A program made the translations under genes and the position numbers. A stretch of DNA of 64,000 bases from Macrostomum hystrix (taxonomy: Eukaryota; Animalia; Platyhelminthes), in assembly GCA_950097015.1 (NCBI GenBank), contig CATNEN010000032.1, positions 2,604,001-2,668,000 of the forward strand, read 5' to 3'. The notes below the pieces were generated by a model. That model was not told the DNA's origin. It ran no database searches and saw nothing but the letters and a program-made list of their open reading frames with translations. Below, one piece after another: positions 12,301 through 24,322 of this stretch (positions within the stretch are counted from its first letter, which is position 1; each line of letters begins with the position of its first letter).

Positions 12301-12462
12301 CATCGATAAACGGGCAAAACTTACAGAAACGCGGCTGTGTCTGAATCCATCTCCACTATGATTGGGTCGCTCACTCCAAACTCCTGGAACAGTGACTGCC
12401 GCTTTCCGCCGCTGCAGCCTCCGCCGTCGCCGCCACCACTATTACCTGAGGCTGTTGAACGC
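329..12462 (-). CDS. SCHIP1: IQ-motif + SCHIP-1 domain protein (IQCJ-SCHIP1-like), partial multi-exon gene
   Basis: Minus-strand exons 12462-12325, 7699-6682, 4989-4777, 3108-2758, 2686-2480, 1792-1619 and 566-329 have GT-AG boundaries with compatible phases (2/2,0/0,0/0,0/0,0/0,0/0,1). Translation gives AAFLIQRAWRRYR (IQ motif), SERERVLQAL, MEMCFRND, LLTRQARLQAEAQLALAQ, RPMARMQLEVER and LGALQVIHNDLLSRIE. These match recalled SCHIP1 motifs ([64 protein letters not shown]). The last exon lies left of the window and the first exon was not located. The 3108 acceptor (AAG) and the 566 acceptor are less certain. Confidence 0.85.
519..1541. repeat. 29-bp minisatellite (GGAAGGACCACGTCATTTCTTCCCCCTGT), ~35 copies, SCHIP1 intron, overlapping the splice acceptor
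   Basis: Direct reading; units drift from CTGTGG to CTGGGG toward the right end. Confidence 0.95.
3300..3365 (-). mobile_element. Degenerate internal fragment of SINE family B
   Basis: TTGGGCCTCTTGGGCATAAATTACACAACAAGCC resembles TTGGCCCTCAAGGGCATAAATTGCACGACAAGCC of the copy at 32828-33203. Confidence 0.5.
4437..4736. repeat. 15-bp minisatellite (GGACGGGATGAATTT), ~20 copies
   Basis: Near-perfect tandem units starting ~40 nt inside the intron after the 4777 donor. Confidence 0.95.
7958..9325. repeat. 21-bp minisatellite (GGATTGAAATCCCAAACTGAC), ~65 copies with recurring variant blocks
   Basis: Direct reading; the FQSVSLG/KSQTDGL ORFs have 7-aa periodicity. Confidence 0.95.
10172..11977. 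repeat. 23-bp purine-rich minisatellite (GGAAGACTGGGAGAGTGACAGAT), ~78 copies
   Basis: Direct reading; three overlapping minus-strand pseudo-ORFs with 23-aa periodicity. Confidence 0.95.
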
Positions 12463-12593
12463 CTAAAGGTTATCAAAATTGCAAGGGCTTGTTTGGAATT
12501 TACTGCACAAATTAATTGCAATCCGAATCGCATGAATGTGTTTGGCTACTTAATTGCCCCAATCCCCAAATTACCATCATCTCCACCTCACAA

Positions 12594-13205
12594 TTTCTCT
12601 TCTCCCCCTTCTGTCTTCTCCCCCTTCTGTCTTCTCCCCCCTTCTGTCTTCTCCCCCTTCTGTCTTCTCCCCCCTTCTGTCTACTCCCCCTTCTGTCTTC
12701 TCCCCCCTTCTGTCTACTCCCCCTTCTGTCTTCTCCCCCCTTCTGTCTTCTCCCCCTTCTGTCTTCTCCCCGTTCTGTCTTCTCCCCCCTTCTGTCTTCT
12801 CCCCCTTCTGTCTTCTCCCCTTTCTCTCTTCTCTCCCTTCTGTGTTTTCTCACCTTTCTCTCTTCTCCCCCTTATGTCTTCTCCCCTTCTGTCTTCTCCC
12901 CCTTCTGTTTTCTCCCCCCTTCTGTCTTCTCCCTTTGTGTCTTCTCCTCTTCTGTCTTCTCCCCCTTCTGTCTTCTTCCCCCTTCTGTCTTCTCCCTCTT
13001 CTGTCTTCTCCCCCTTCTGTCTTCTCCCCCTTCTGTCTTCTTCCCCCTTCTGTCTTCTCCCTTTGTGTCTTCTCCTCTTCTGTCTTCTTCCCCCTTCTGT
13101 CTTCTCCCCCCTTCTGTCTTCTCGCCGTTCTGCCTTCTCCCCCTTCTGCCTTCTCCCCCTTCTGCCTTCTCCCCCTTATGTCTTCTCTCTCCTCTGTCTT
13201 CAGCC
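12594..13205. repeat. Degenerate ~16-bp pyrimidine-rich minisatellite (CTTCTGTCTTCTCCCC)
   Basis: Direct reading. Confidence 0.9.
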
Positions 13206-13780
13206 TCCTAGTTTTTGCGCATTAAAAAAATAATTTAATAAAAGTGTTTCGGTTAGGATAGCAGATAGTACACACGGTTGGTTCGTTGTGAGAAATTTAA
13301 ATTACAGGTTCGCGGTGGTACATTGGCTACTTTCAAATGATTAGCATTTTTCGCAAACTGTGCCATCTCTGGACTGAGACAGAGTCGGATTGAGTCATTT
13401 TTGAGCATTTTTGTCACTCGATTTCGAGGACACCACAGTATTTTGCTATTTAGCTTCACTGCTCAAATACCATCGTGCATTTCCTTTCGCATCTCCCACC
13501 CGTCCGTTTGCTCCTTGGGGACCAGTTTAGAGCTTCCTTGGGGAAGCATTTCTCACCCGGGTTCTTCCCAACCGCTCAGAAAAAATCCCAATAATTTATG
13601 CCTTGCTGTTTCCTTTTCCCAGGCCTTTCAAGGGACTGACAGACAGCTGAAAATTTGCCCCGTGAAGCAGCAGACATGACAGTCAAATGTTCCTACTATT
13701 GCCTGCTTGGGCATTTATTACTTTCCCTTCATCTCCTCCATGTGTATTCTCCCGTTCATTTCCCATTCTCTCTTTTCCTA

Positions 13781-16700
13781 AGTCTCTTCTCCCATCTACC
13801 CTCAGTCTCTTCTCTTATCTACCCTCAGTCTCTTCTCTTATCTACCCTCATTCTCTTCTCTTATCTACCCTCAGTCTCTTCTCTTATCTACCCTCAGTCT
13901 CTTCTCTTATCTACCTTCAGTCTCTTCTCTTATCTACCCTCATTCTCTTCTCTTATCTACCCTCATTCTCTTCTCCCATCTACCCTCAGTCTCATCTCTT
14001 ATCTACCCTCAGTCTTCTTCTCCCATCTACCCTCAGTCTCTTCTCTTATCTACCCTCATTCTCTTCTCCCATCTACCCTCAGTCTCATCTCTTATCTACC
14101 CTCAGTCTCTTCTCCCATCTACCCTCAGTCTCTTCTCCCATCTACCCTCAGTCTCTTCTCTTATCTACCCTCAGTCTCTTCTCCCATCTACCCTCAGTCT
14201 CTTCTCTTATCTACCCTCATTCTCTTCTCCCATCTACCCTCAGTCTCATCTCTTATCTACCCTCAGTCTCTTCTCCCATCTACCCTCAGTCTCTTCTCCC
14301 ATCTACCCTCAGTCTCTTCTCTTATCTACCCTCAGTCTCTTCTCTTATCTACCCTCAGTCTCTTCTCTTATCTACCCTCATTCTCTTCTCTTATCTACCC
14401 TCATTCTCTTCTCTTATCTACCCTCAGTCTCTTCTCTTATCTACCCTCAGTCTCTTCTCTTATCTACCCTCAGTCTCTTCTCTTATCTACCCTCAGTCTC
14501 TTCTCTTATCTACCCTCAGTCTCTTCTCTTATCTACCCTCAGTCTCTTCTCCCATCTACCCTCAGTCTCTTCTCCCATCTACCCTCAGTCTCTTCTCTTA
14601 TCTACCCTCAGTCTCTTCTCTCTATCTACCCTCAGTCTCTTCTCTTATCTACCCTCAGTCTCTTCTCTTATCTACCCTCATTCTCTTCTCCCATCTACCC
14701 TCAGTCTCATCTCTTATCTACCTTCAGTCTCTTCTTCCATCTACCCTCAGTCTCTTCTCTTATCTACCCTCAGTCTCTTCTCTTATCTACCCTCATTCTC
14801 TTCTCCCATCTACCCTCAGTCTCTTCTCTTATCTACCCTCAGTCTCTTCTCTTATCTACCCTCAGTCTCTTCTCGCATCTACCCTCAGTCTCTTCTCTTA
14901 TCTACCCTCATTCTCTTCTCTTATCTACCCTCATTCTCTTCTCTTATCTACCCTCAGTCTCTTCTCTTATCTACCCTCAGTCTCTTCTCCCATCTACCCT
15001 CAGTCTCTTCTCCCATACCCTCAGTCTCTTCTCTTATCTACCCTCAGTCTCTTCTCTTATCTACCCTCAGTCTCTTCTCTTATCTACCCTCATTCTCTTC
15101 TCCCATCTACCCTCAGTCCTCATCTCTTATCTACCCTCAGTCTCTTCTCCCATCTACCCTCAGTCTCTTCTCCCATCCTACCCTCAGTCTCTTCTCTTAT
15201 CTACCCTCAGTCTCTTCTCTTATCTACCCTCAGTCTCTTCTCTTATCTACCCTCATTCTCTCTCTTATCTACCCTCATTCTCTTCTCTTATCTACCCTCA
15301 GTCTCTTCTCTTATCTACCCTCAGTCTCTTCTCTTATCTACCTTCAGTCTCTTCTCTTATCTACCCTCAGTCTCTTCTCTTATCTACCCTCAGTCTCTTC
15401 TCTTATCTACCCTCAGTCTCTTCTCCCATCTACCCTCAGTCTCTTCTCGCATCTACCCTCAGTCTCTTCTCCCATCTACCCTCAGTCTCTTCTCATCTAC
15501 CCTCAGTCTCTTCTCTTATCTACCCTCATTCTCTTCTCCCATCTACCCTCAGTCTCATCTCTTATCTACCCTCAGTCTCTTCTCCCATCTACCCTCAGTC
15601 TCTTCTCCCATCTACCCTCAGTCTCTTCTCTTATCTACCCTCAGTCTCTTCTCTTATCTACCCTCAGTCTCTTCTCTTATCTACCCTCATTCTCTTCTCT
15701 TATCTACCCTCATTCTCTTCTCTTATCTACCCTCAGTCTCTTCTCTTATCTACCCTCAGTCTCTTCTCTTATCTACCCTCAGTCTCTTCTCTTATCTACC
15801 CTCAGTCTCTTCTCTTATCTACCCTCAGTCTCTTCTCTTATCTACCCTCAGTCTCTTCTCCCATCTACCCTCAGTCTCTTCTCCATCTACCCTCAGTCTC
15901 TTCTCTTATCTACCCTCAGTCTCTTCTCTATCTACCCTCAGTCTCTTCTCTATCTACCCTCAGTCTCTTCTCTTATCTACCCTCATTCTCTTCTCCCATC
16001 TACCCTCAGTCTCATCTCTTATCTACCCTCAGTCTCTTCTCCCATCTACCCTCAGTCTCTTCTCCCATCTACCCTCAGTCTCTTCTCTTATCTACCCTCA
16101 GTCTCTTCTCTTATCTACCCTCATTCTCTTCTCCCATCTACCCTCAGTCTCTTCTCTTATCTACCCTCAGTCTCTTCTCTTATCTACCCTCAGTCTCTTC
16201 TCCCATCTACCCTCAGTCTCTTCTCTTATCTACCCTCATTCTCTTCTCTTATCTACCCTCATTCTCTTCTCTTATCTACCCTCAGTCTCTTCTCTTATCT
16301 ACCCTCAGTCTCTTCTCCCATCTTCCCTCAGTCTCTTCTCCCATCTACCCTCAGTCTCTTCTCTTATCTACCCTCAGTCTCTTCTCTTATCTACCCTCAG
16401 TCTCTTCTCTTATCTACCCTCAGTCTCTTCTCTTATCTACCCTCATTCTCTTCTCCCATCTACCCTCAGTCTCATCTCTTATCTACCCTCAGTCTCTTCT
16501 CCCATCTACCCTCAGTCTCTTCTCCCATCTACCCTCAGTCTCATCTCTTATCTACCCTCAGTCTCTTCTCCCGTCTACCTTCAGTCTCTTCTCCCGTCTA
16601 CCCTCAGTCTCTTCTCTTATCTACCCTCATTCTCTTCTCCCATCTACCCTCAGTCTCATCTCTTATCTACCCTCAGTCTCTTCTCCCATCTACCCTCAGT

Positions 16701-18790
16701 CTCTTCTCCCATCTACCCTCAGTCTCTTCTCTTATCTACCCTCAGTCTCTTCTCCCGTCTACCCTCAGTCTCTTCTCCCGTCTACCCTCAGTCTCTTCTC
16801 CCATCTACCCTCAGTCTCTTCTCTTATCTACCCTCAGTCTCTTCTCCCGTCTACCTTCAGTCTCTTCTCCCGTCTACCCTCAGTCTCTTCTCCCATCTAG
16901 CCTCAGTCTCATCTCTTATCTACCCTCAGTCTCTTCTCTTATCTACCCTCAGTCTCTTCTCTTATCTACCCTCATTCTCTTCTCCCATCTACCCTCAGTC
17001 TCATCTCTTATCTACCCTCAGTCTCTTCTCCCATCTACCCTCAGTCTCTTCTCCCATCTACCCTCAGTCTCTTCTCTTATCTACCCTCAGTCTCTTCTCT
17101 TATCTACCCTCAGTCTCTTCTCTTATCTACCCTCATTCTCTTCTCCCATCTACCCTCAGTCTCATCTCTTATCTACCCTCAGTCTCTTCTCCCATCTACC
17201 CTCAGTCTCTTCTCTTATCTACCCTCAGTCTCTTCTCCCGTCTACCCTCAGTCTCTTCTCCCGTCTACCCTCAGTCTCTTCTCTTATCTACCCTCAGTCT
17301 CATCTCTTATCTACCCTCAGTCTCTTCTCCCATCTACCCTCAGTCTCTTCTCCCATCTACCCTCAGTCTCTTCTCTTATCTACCCTCAGTCTCTTCTCTT
17401 ATCTACCCTCAGTCTCTTCTCTTATCTACCCTCATTCTCTTCTCTTATCTACCCTCAGTCTCATCTCTTATCTACCCTCAGTCTCTTCTCCCATCTACCC
17501 TCAGTCTCTTCTCTTATCTACCCTCAGTCTCTTCTCCCGTCTACCCTCAGTCTCTTCTCCCGTCTACCCTCAGTCTCTTCTCCCATCTACCCTCAGTCTC
17601 TTCTCTTATCTACCCTCAGTCTCTTCTCTTATCTACCCTCAGTCTCTTCTCTTATCTACCCTCAGTCTCTTCTCCCATCTACCCTCAGTCTCTTCTCTTA
17701 TCTACCCTCATTCTCTTCTCCCGTCTACCCTCAGTCTCTTCTCCCATCTACCCTCAGTCTCTTCTCCCGTCTACCCTCAGTCTCTTCTCCCATCTACCCT
17801 CAGTCTCTTCTCTTATCTACCCTCAGTCTCTTCTCTTATCTACCCTCAGTCTCTTCTCCCGTCTACCTTCAGTCTCTTCTCCCGTCTACCCTCAGTCTCT
17901 TCTCTTATCTACCCTTAGTCTCTTCTCTTATCTACCCTCAGTCTCTTCTCTTATCTACCCTCAGTCTCTTCTCTTATCTACCCTCAGTCTCTTCTCCCGT
18001 CTACCCTCAGTCTCTTCTCCCGTCTACCCTCAGTCTCTTCTCCCGTCTACCCTCAGTCTCTTCTCCCATCTACCCTCAGTCTCTTCTCTTATCTACCCTC
18101 AGTCTCTTCTCTTATCTACCTTCAGTCTCTTCTCTTATCTACCTTCAGTCTCTTCTCCCGTCTACCCTCAGTCTCTTCTCCCATCTACCCCCAGTCTCTT
18201 CTCTTATCTACCCTCAGTCTCTTCTCTTATCTACCTTCAGTCTCTTCTTCCATCTACCCTCAGTCTCTTCTCCCATCTACCCCCAGTCTCTTCTTTCATC
18301 TACCCTCAGTCTCTTCTCTTATCTACCTTCAGTCTCTTCTTCCATCTACCCTCAGTCTCTTCTCCCATCTACCCCCAGTTTCTTCTCGCATCTACCCTCA
18401 GTCTCTTCTCTTATCTACCCTCAGTCTCTTCTCTTATCTACCTTCAGTCTCTTCTCTTATCTACCTTCAGTCTCTTCTTCCATCTACCCTCAGTCTCTTC
18501 TTCCATCTACCCTCAGTCTCTTTCACCTCAGTCTCTTCTCCCATCTACCCTCATTCTCTTCTCCCGTCTACCCTCAGTCTCTTCTCTTATCTACCCTCAG
18601 TCTCTTCTCTTATCTACCCTCAGTCTCTTCTCCCGTCTACCCTCAGTCTCTTCTCCCATCTACCTGCAGTCTCTTCTCTCATCTACCCTCAGTCTCTTCT
18701 CCCGTCTACCCTCAGTCTCTTCTCTTATCTACCCTCAGTCTCTTCTCCCATCTACCCTCAGTCTCTTCTCCCATCTACCCCCAGTCTCTT
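13781..18790. repeat. 23-bp pyrimidine-rich minisatellite (ATCTACCCTCAGTCTCTTCTCTT/CCC), ~5 kb, ~215 copies
   Basis: Direct reading; source of the 1081-aa and 1707-aa pseudo-ORFs. Confidence 0.95.
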
Positions 18791-19324
18791 TATCCTTGGT
18801 ACAACCGTAACTAAAAATATGAGAAATGAATCAGAGACTTACATATGTCAACCTGACCGATGGATGAGTTTAAAAGCAGCAGTTCAATTAATTTTTAACT
18901 AATATCCAACCAGCATTGAGCTGATGAGGAATTCTCAGGCATGTCCGAATTTATGCAGCTCCGAACTAGCAAAAAATCCCGCCTGCCTTCCAAAGTCGTT
19001 TTTTGTTTTAGGTTAAATTAGTCACAAAATGTTGTGCACAAATACACACTTTCTTGGGTGGCCCGAACACCTTAGAAAGGCAAGGTATAGAGTTCTTAAA
19101 TTAACCTGAGTTCATTGGCCAGTCCGCCCAGGTCAGGCAGAAGAGGGAAAGAATGAGAAATAAGAATCGTGAATTGCAAACCAACTTTCACACCACATGA
19201 GTGCTTTTAAACTGTACGCTGGCGCTCAGTTGTGCGCTCAATGTCGAGAAAAGTGTAATTTAGCCCGCGCGAAACGGGTGACCGCTTCAGAATCTCATAC
19301 TCAACTGCGCATAGACTGGATGAT

Positions 19325-19760
19325 TTGGGTGTGTCTTCAAGTTAAAGGGTGTCTTCAGCTTGAAGGGTGTCTTCAAGTTAAAGGGTGTCTTCAGCTTGAA
19401 GGGTGTCTTCAAGTTGAAGGGTGTCTTTGAGTTTCGGAGGGTGTCTTTGAGTTTCGGAGGGTGTCTTTGAGTTTGGAGTGTGTCTTCAAGTTGAAGGGTG
19501 TCTTCAGGTTAAAGGGTGTCTTCAAGTTGAAGGGTGTCTACAAGTTGAAGGGTGTCTTCAAGTTGAAGGGTGTCTACAAGTTGAAGGGTGTCTTCAGGTT
19601 GAAGGGTGTCTTTGAGTACAGAGGGTGTCTTTTGAGTTCGGAGGGTGTCTTTGAGTTCGGAGGGTGTCTTTGAGTTCGGAGGGTGTCTTTGAGTTCGGAG
19701 GGTGTCTTTGAGTTCGGAGGGTGTCTTTGAGTTAAAGGGTTTCGTTGAGTTCGGAGGGTG
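19325..19760. repeat. 18/19-bp minisatellite (GAAGGGTGTCTTCAAGTT alternating with blocks of CGGAGGGTGTCTTTGAGTT)
   Basis: Direct reading. Confidence 0.9.
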
Positions 19761-19957
19761 TCTTCGGACTACAGTAGGAGATGAATTGACAATAGTAAAA
19801 TGATTAGAAATTTGGCATCGGTTTCGCCCATTTCGCAGAACAGTTGGGGCAGAATTCCTACTCAAGGGGGATCAGTATGATCTCCCCTCCAACTCACAAT
19901 CAACTCACTAGTCCCAGTCTCTACTACTCACTCATTCAGCCAAATAATTCGATGAAA

Positions 19958-19989
<32 letters not shown>

Positions 19990-21035
19990 TGCCCTCGCAC
20001 TAGAGAAACTCGCGTCTTCTCATTTTTATTGCCCCGGGATAAAAGAACGGGAAGTGCCCGGCATGTGCTGTCTCTGGACTCGAGCCATGCTGGGCCCGGA
20101 ATGACTAATGGACTACTCAGTGAGCAGCAGTTGAGCAAAGGGAGGGGGCGCGTTGCGTCGGATCTAACTCAATTTTATCCCTACCCGACGGTATCCTTCT
20201 CCCAATCTTCCTTCTCTCTCTCTCTCTAGACGAAGCCGCGTCGCGTCCATCGCTCAAGTATTATCGATCGTGTTGCCCGGGGATCTGGAGACAGCGTCGA
20301 GTATACTCCTAGAAGTCATTAGAAGGAATTCTCCGAGTCACTGAGGAGGGACAGACACGAACTGCTCGTAGGGTGGGGATGTAGAAACTCAATCAGCGGG
20401 TTCCGGATAGCAGCATGTTCCACGCATCGTCAAGTTGGTAAATTGAAATTCACTATGTGTGTGCGTTTCAATGGGACTTATTTTGAGTAGGAATTTTATT
20501 TCTACGTGAAACTGCATAAAAATTAAAACCTCATAAATCCGTTACTTCATTCTCTTTGGTGCTAGTGTGCCACTTTTATCCGTTATTTCACACCTCCTGT
20601 TCGTTACTTTTTGCGATTATTTCGACCCGACATTCGTTACTTTCCGGAGCTTTTTAACGCTCAACTAGCGTTTCACTTGTTTCATTAAGCTGCCTGTCGT
20701 GTCACGTGTATGTCGGTGAAGGATTTTCAAGTTGTAAATGAAGGCTAGCTGCCATTGTGGGATTAGAACAGAAAGGATGGATTTGGCAGCGTTTAAAAGA
20801 CGGATTCAAGATTATTTTTAAATATTTTCCTTCGTCCTAGAGAGAGAGAGAGACAGACTAGGAGGCAGATTTTTATCAAAGAATTTGAAGGATTATTTTC
20901 CGCGGGGAAAAGACAAGAAAAATAATTTTGCTAGTTCAGACAAAACTTGGAGAGATAATTTGGTCAGAGAAAAACGGTCTTGTCTGTCACATTTTGTACG
21001 CTTACAAATTCCAGAGAGCCTCAATAGCAGATCCT

Positions 21036-21512
21036 GAAGATCCCGCTGGTGGCGGAGGAAGAAGGATATGGGACATTGCTGTGAAGATCCCGCTGGTGGC
21101 GGAGGAAGAAGGAATCGGGACATTGCTGTGAAGATCCCGCTGGTGGCGGAGGAAGAAGGAATTGGGACATTGCTCTAAAGATCCCGCTGGTGGCGGAGGA
21201 AGAATGAAATGGGACATTGGTGTGAAGATCCCGCTGGTGGCGGAGGAAGAAGGAATTCGGACATTGCTGTGAAGATCCCGCTGGTGGCGGAGGAAGAAGG
21301 AATTGGGACATTGCTCTGAAGATCCCGCTGGTGGCGAAGGAAGAAGGAATTCGGACATTGCTGTGAAGATCCCGCTGGTGGCGAAGGAAGAAGGAATTGG
21401 GACATTGCTCTGAAGATCCCGCTGGTGGCGAAGGAAGAAGGAATTGGGACATTGCTCTGAAGATCCCGCTGGTGGCGAAGGAAGAAGGAAATGGGACATT
21501 GCTGTGAAGATC
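21036..21512. repeat. 47-bp minisatellite (GAAGATCCCGCTGGTGGCGGAGGAAGAAGGAATTGGGACATTGCTGT), ~10 copies
   Basis: Unit starts at 21083 and 21130 are 47 nt apart. Confidence 0.9.
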
Positions 21513-22683
21513 CCGAGGGTGGTGGGGCGGGCAGCAGATCTCGCTCTGAAGGTCCTGACGAAGGACAGTGAAGGCAATGGGATATCTAGGATAATTTCAG
21601 CTTGTTATTTTGCTTACATAGAAACAGCAGCATCTGATGACATTGATGGATGAAAGTTGCCCTGATCAGCACGTCAATATTAATCAATAGCGCTGCATTT
21701 CCATCTTCCGTTTGGCCATCGGAAAACACAGCGAGCTATCAAGAGATAAAAGTACACAGGAGACACACAATCACGCATAGCAATCAATGGACAAGTGACC
21801 TCCGCCATGTGAGACTGGGCTTGAGTATCCGATTTGGATTGCGGGTCAAGCGGGGTCACACCGCATAGCCCCATTGTTAACAATTGGTTTCTGTTTGGTA
21901 TGACTTTTTATAGTACTGTACTAAGAAATATTTATTACCATGTCCATCTGCGCTCACTGGCCTACAGACTGGTTTTAAGGTAATGATGACTAATTTAGCT
22001 CGTATTAGACACAATTTTCGCATCACAATTGGCAGACAAATCCCTAAGTAAGGGCACGCACGGATATTCGCAGACGCAACACTTACCGAAACCGATTAGT
22101 GCAGCTAGCTGCCGCAGGAGCAGAAGTTTCTATCAATAATTCAATGCTCAGCGACCCGCTTCTGTTGCAAAATGCCGGCTTTGAGGCTCTTTATAGGATT
22201 TGAATTCAGAATAACGCAGGGGCTCTTCCTATCTATTCAATGGAGGCAAGTTCTGTCTGCGCGCAGATTCTGACTTCGCAAGCATCTGCGCCGTGGCTCT
22301 TTTGCTATTTGTACAGTCCGGGAGATCCGCTTGGTGCAGCGGGACACGATAGGAGATTGGGGGGTAGGGATTGGGAGCAGTGTAAAAGGGGAGTCCTGCT
22401 GATTCACGCATTATCCCACTGGCTAGGGGAGCCATTCCCCTCTATACTCTCTCGCCCACTCCAAGCTCTTCTAGCCCCCCCTGCCCTGCACATCTCCCCA
22501 TCCCCAATGTCAAACGGGAGACCGCATGGGTTAGGGCGAGGAGGAGAGAGGGGGAGAAAGCGCCAGCCAAATCCCCCGCCATCTCCTTTCGCTCCAAAGT
22601 TTAACCAATCGGCAACTGCGTGTATAGACTTATAATTATATACTATATAGTTACATAGTTTCATCCATCTATAGTTAATAATC

Positions 22684-22952
22684 AGGTTGTAGCCTTGTGG
22701 TTAGAGCGTCGGACTTACGACTTGAAGGTCGGGGGTTCGATTCCTAGCTCCACTGGAACAATTTGTGTCCTTTAGCAAGACACTTAACTCTGCATTGCTT
22801 CAGTTCACCCAGCTGTTAAATGGGTACCAGCATCAGCTGGGATAATTGAAGGTGGGTGTGAGCGTCCCCCCAGTCCATGGACTGAACAGCTGTACGCAGC
22901 CTTCAGATGCGCCGCGCAATAGCTGCGGCTGTGCTGGCGGCTGCCATACTAG
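22684..22952 (+). mobile_element. tRNA-derived SINE family A with CORE-like central domain, copy 1
   Basis: tRNA-like head with A box (TAGCCTTGTGG) and B box (GGTTCGATTCC). It is followed by TGTGTCCTTTAGCAAGACACTTAACTCTGCATTGCTTCAGTTCACCCAGCTGTTAAATGGG, similar to the recalled MIR/CORE-SINE core. A close second copy lies at 52646-52917 (-). Confidence 0.8.
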
Positions 22953-24307
22953 GCGAAGCTCAGCTCCTCTATGTATTATACGTGCCCTCATGCCCCAGCA
23001 ATGCTCCTCATTATCCTCATCTTTATCCTCATCCTCATCTCCTCATTATCTTCTCTTTCTATGACTAACTTTATTTTCTATAGTTTGAAAATAGCAAATA
23101 CTTTCAAATTGCTCATTACGAAATCATATCATCTACTATTGATGGCTTCTGAATATGAGGCATTGTGTGCATGGCATGAGAATGCTGAACGCCGAAGCAG
23201 CAATGAAATCTGCTCTTCCCCGGTCCCTAGAGACTAGAGTCTGAGTAGCTCTGGACTTGGGTGATAAATTGCTCAGCGCCAGCGTCTGGCAGGCCGTGAT
23301 TAACGGACCTTTTTCGGCTGTTTGGGGGCTATTGGGTTTTTTTCGTGACAGCTCAGCAGCTGGTGCAGCTGGGGGTACTCAAGGTTGGTCCTGCTCACGG
23401 CCATCTCTGATTTTCTGCTTTGCCGATTGATTATTCCATTTTCTGATCCCAAGGACAGCGTCAATATCCCCGCCACTCGTCGATCAATACTAAAAAAGAC
23501 AGATGAGCACACACACACACACACACACTACTCAAGTGCTCAAATAACGAATTCTAAAGTGGTCGTAAATTTTCTAGATAGTGTGAAATCGCTGCGGCCA
23601 ACAGAGGAAAAAATAGCCAATCCAATTTCCTCCATGGTCGCTGCAGCCGAGCATCAAAGACGAAGAAAATGTTTTGCTCTGCTCTGCCTTCTCTCTGGCA
23701 GCTCATGTATGGCAATGGCGCGTTTATCAGATTTTTATGACTCTGTATCGAAGCGAATGCCGATATTGTGGGGTTCAGACAGCCTTGCAGACAAATTTTT
23801 GTATGCTTAATTTCTGTCGGCAATTATCCACGCTTTCGACAATAAAAGTACACACATGGTCTTGATCCACGCCTAGGTTTTTAAGCTTAATCCCCAACTG
23901 GATAGGATTTTTGTGCTCAAAAAATGTTGGCAAGCTGCCAAAGCTATTCGGTGTGACACAATAACACAATGCGTGACAAACTACCAAACATCAGGATAAT
24001 GACGGCGTCACTAAAATTAGTCTTAAAAAAATCATTTCGTGAGGGATTAACTAGGGAAAAATTAGATTCTACTTTCATACTACTGATACATCTAATTTGA
24101 TTGTTAGTAAATGCATTTGACATTAAGCGATTAGAGATGACAGTAACAGACCACGTACACTGCAAGTTTTTGAGCGTACTTGTGAAGTGTTGAAGCTTCG
24201 GATTAATTTCTAGATTCAAATAACGCAACGATAGGAATTTCCAGGATTTCCAAACCAGCCAAACCTCGGCTGATTTTCTCAATCAGCACGGCCTCATTGA
24301 GTCTCGC

Positions 24308-24322
24308 GTTTCCAAGGGCAAC
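24308..24322 (+). promoter_or_regulatory. Candidate RFX X-box (GTTTCCAAGGGCAAC) upstream of IFT56
   Basis: Fits the GTNNCC-N(1-3)-GGCAAC palindromic X-box ~350 bp upstream of the ATG, just before a probable 5'UTR intron (donor GTGAGT ~24409, acceptor ~24617). IFT genes, including C. elegans dyf-13, are known RFX/DAF-19 targets. Confidence 0.55.

Noticed and set aside
13655-18810. 1081-aa and 1707-aa ORFs (and the 486-667-aa ORFs at 9996-12021)
   Set aside because: All three frames are open only because the repeat strand lacks stop codons; 23-bp units shift frame every copy; no non-repeat coding context.
19932-20138. First coding exon of the IQ-SCHIP1 gene near the (CAG)n tract
   Set aside because: A phase-2 GTGAGT donor exists, but there is no convincing ATG-initiated frame or homology; left unassigned.
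21002-21577. Proteins encoded by the 47-bp repeat
   Set aside because: Unit length is not a multiple of 3 and stops occur in every plus-strand frame; the minus-strand ORFs are repeat artefacts.
22684-22760. tRNA gene (also heads at 52850-52917, 33140-33203, 60170-60228)
   Set aside because: No complete cloverleaf or acceptor stem; each continues into a shared SINE body found in several copies.
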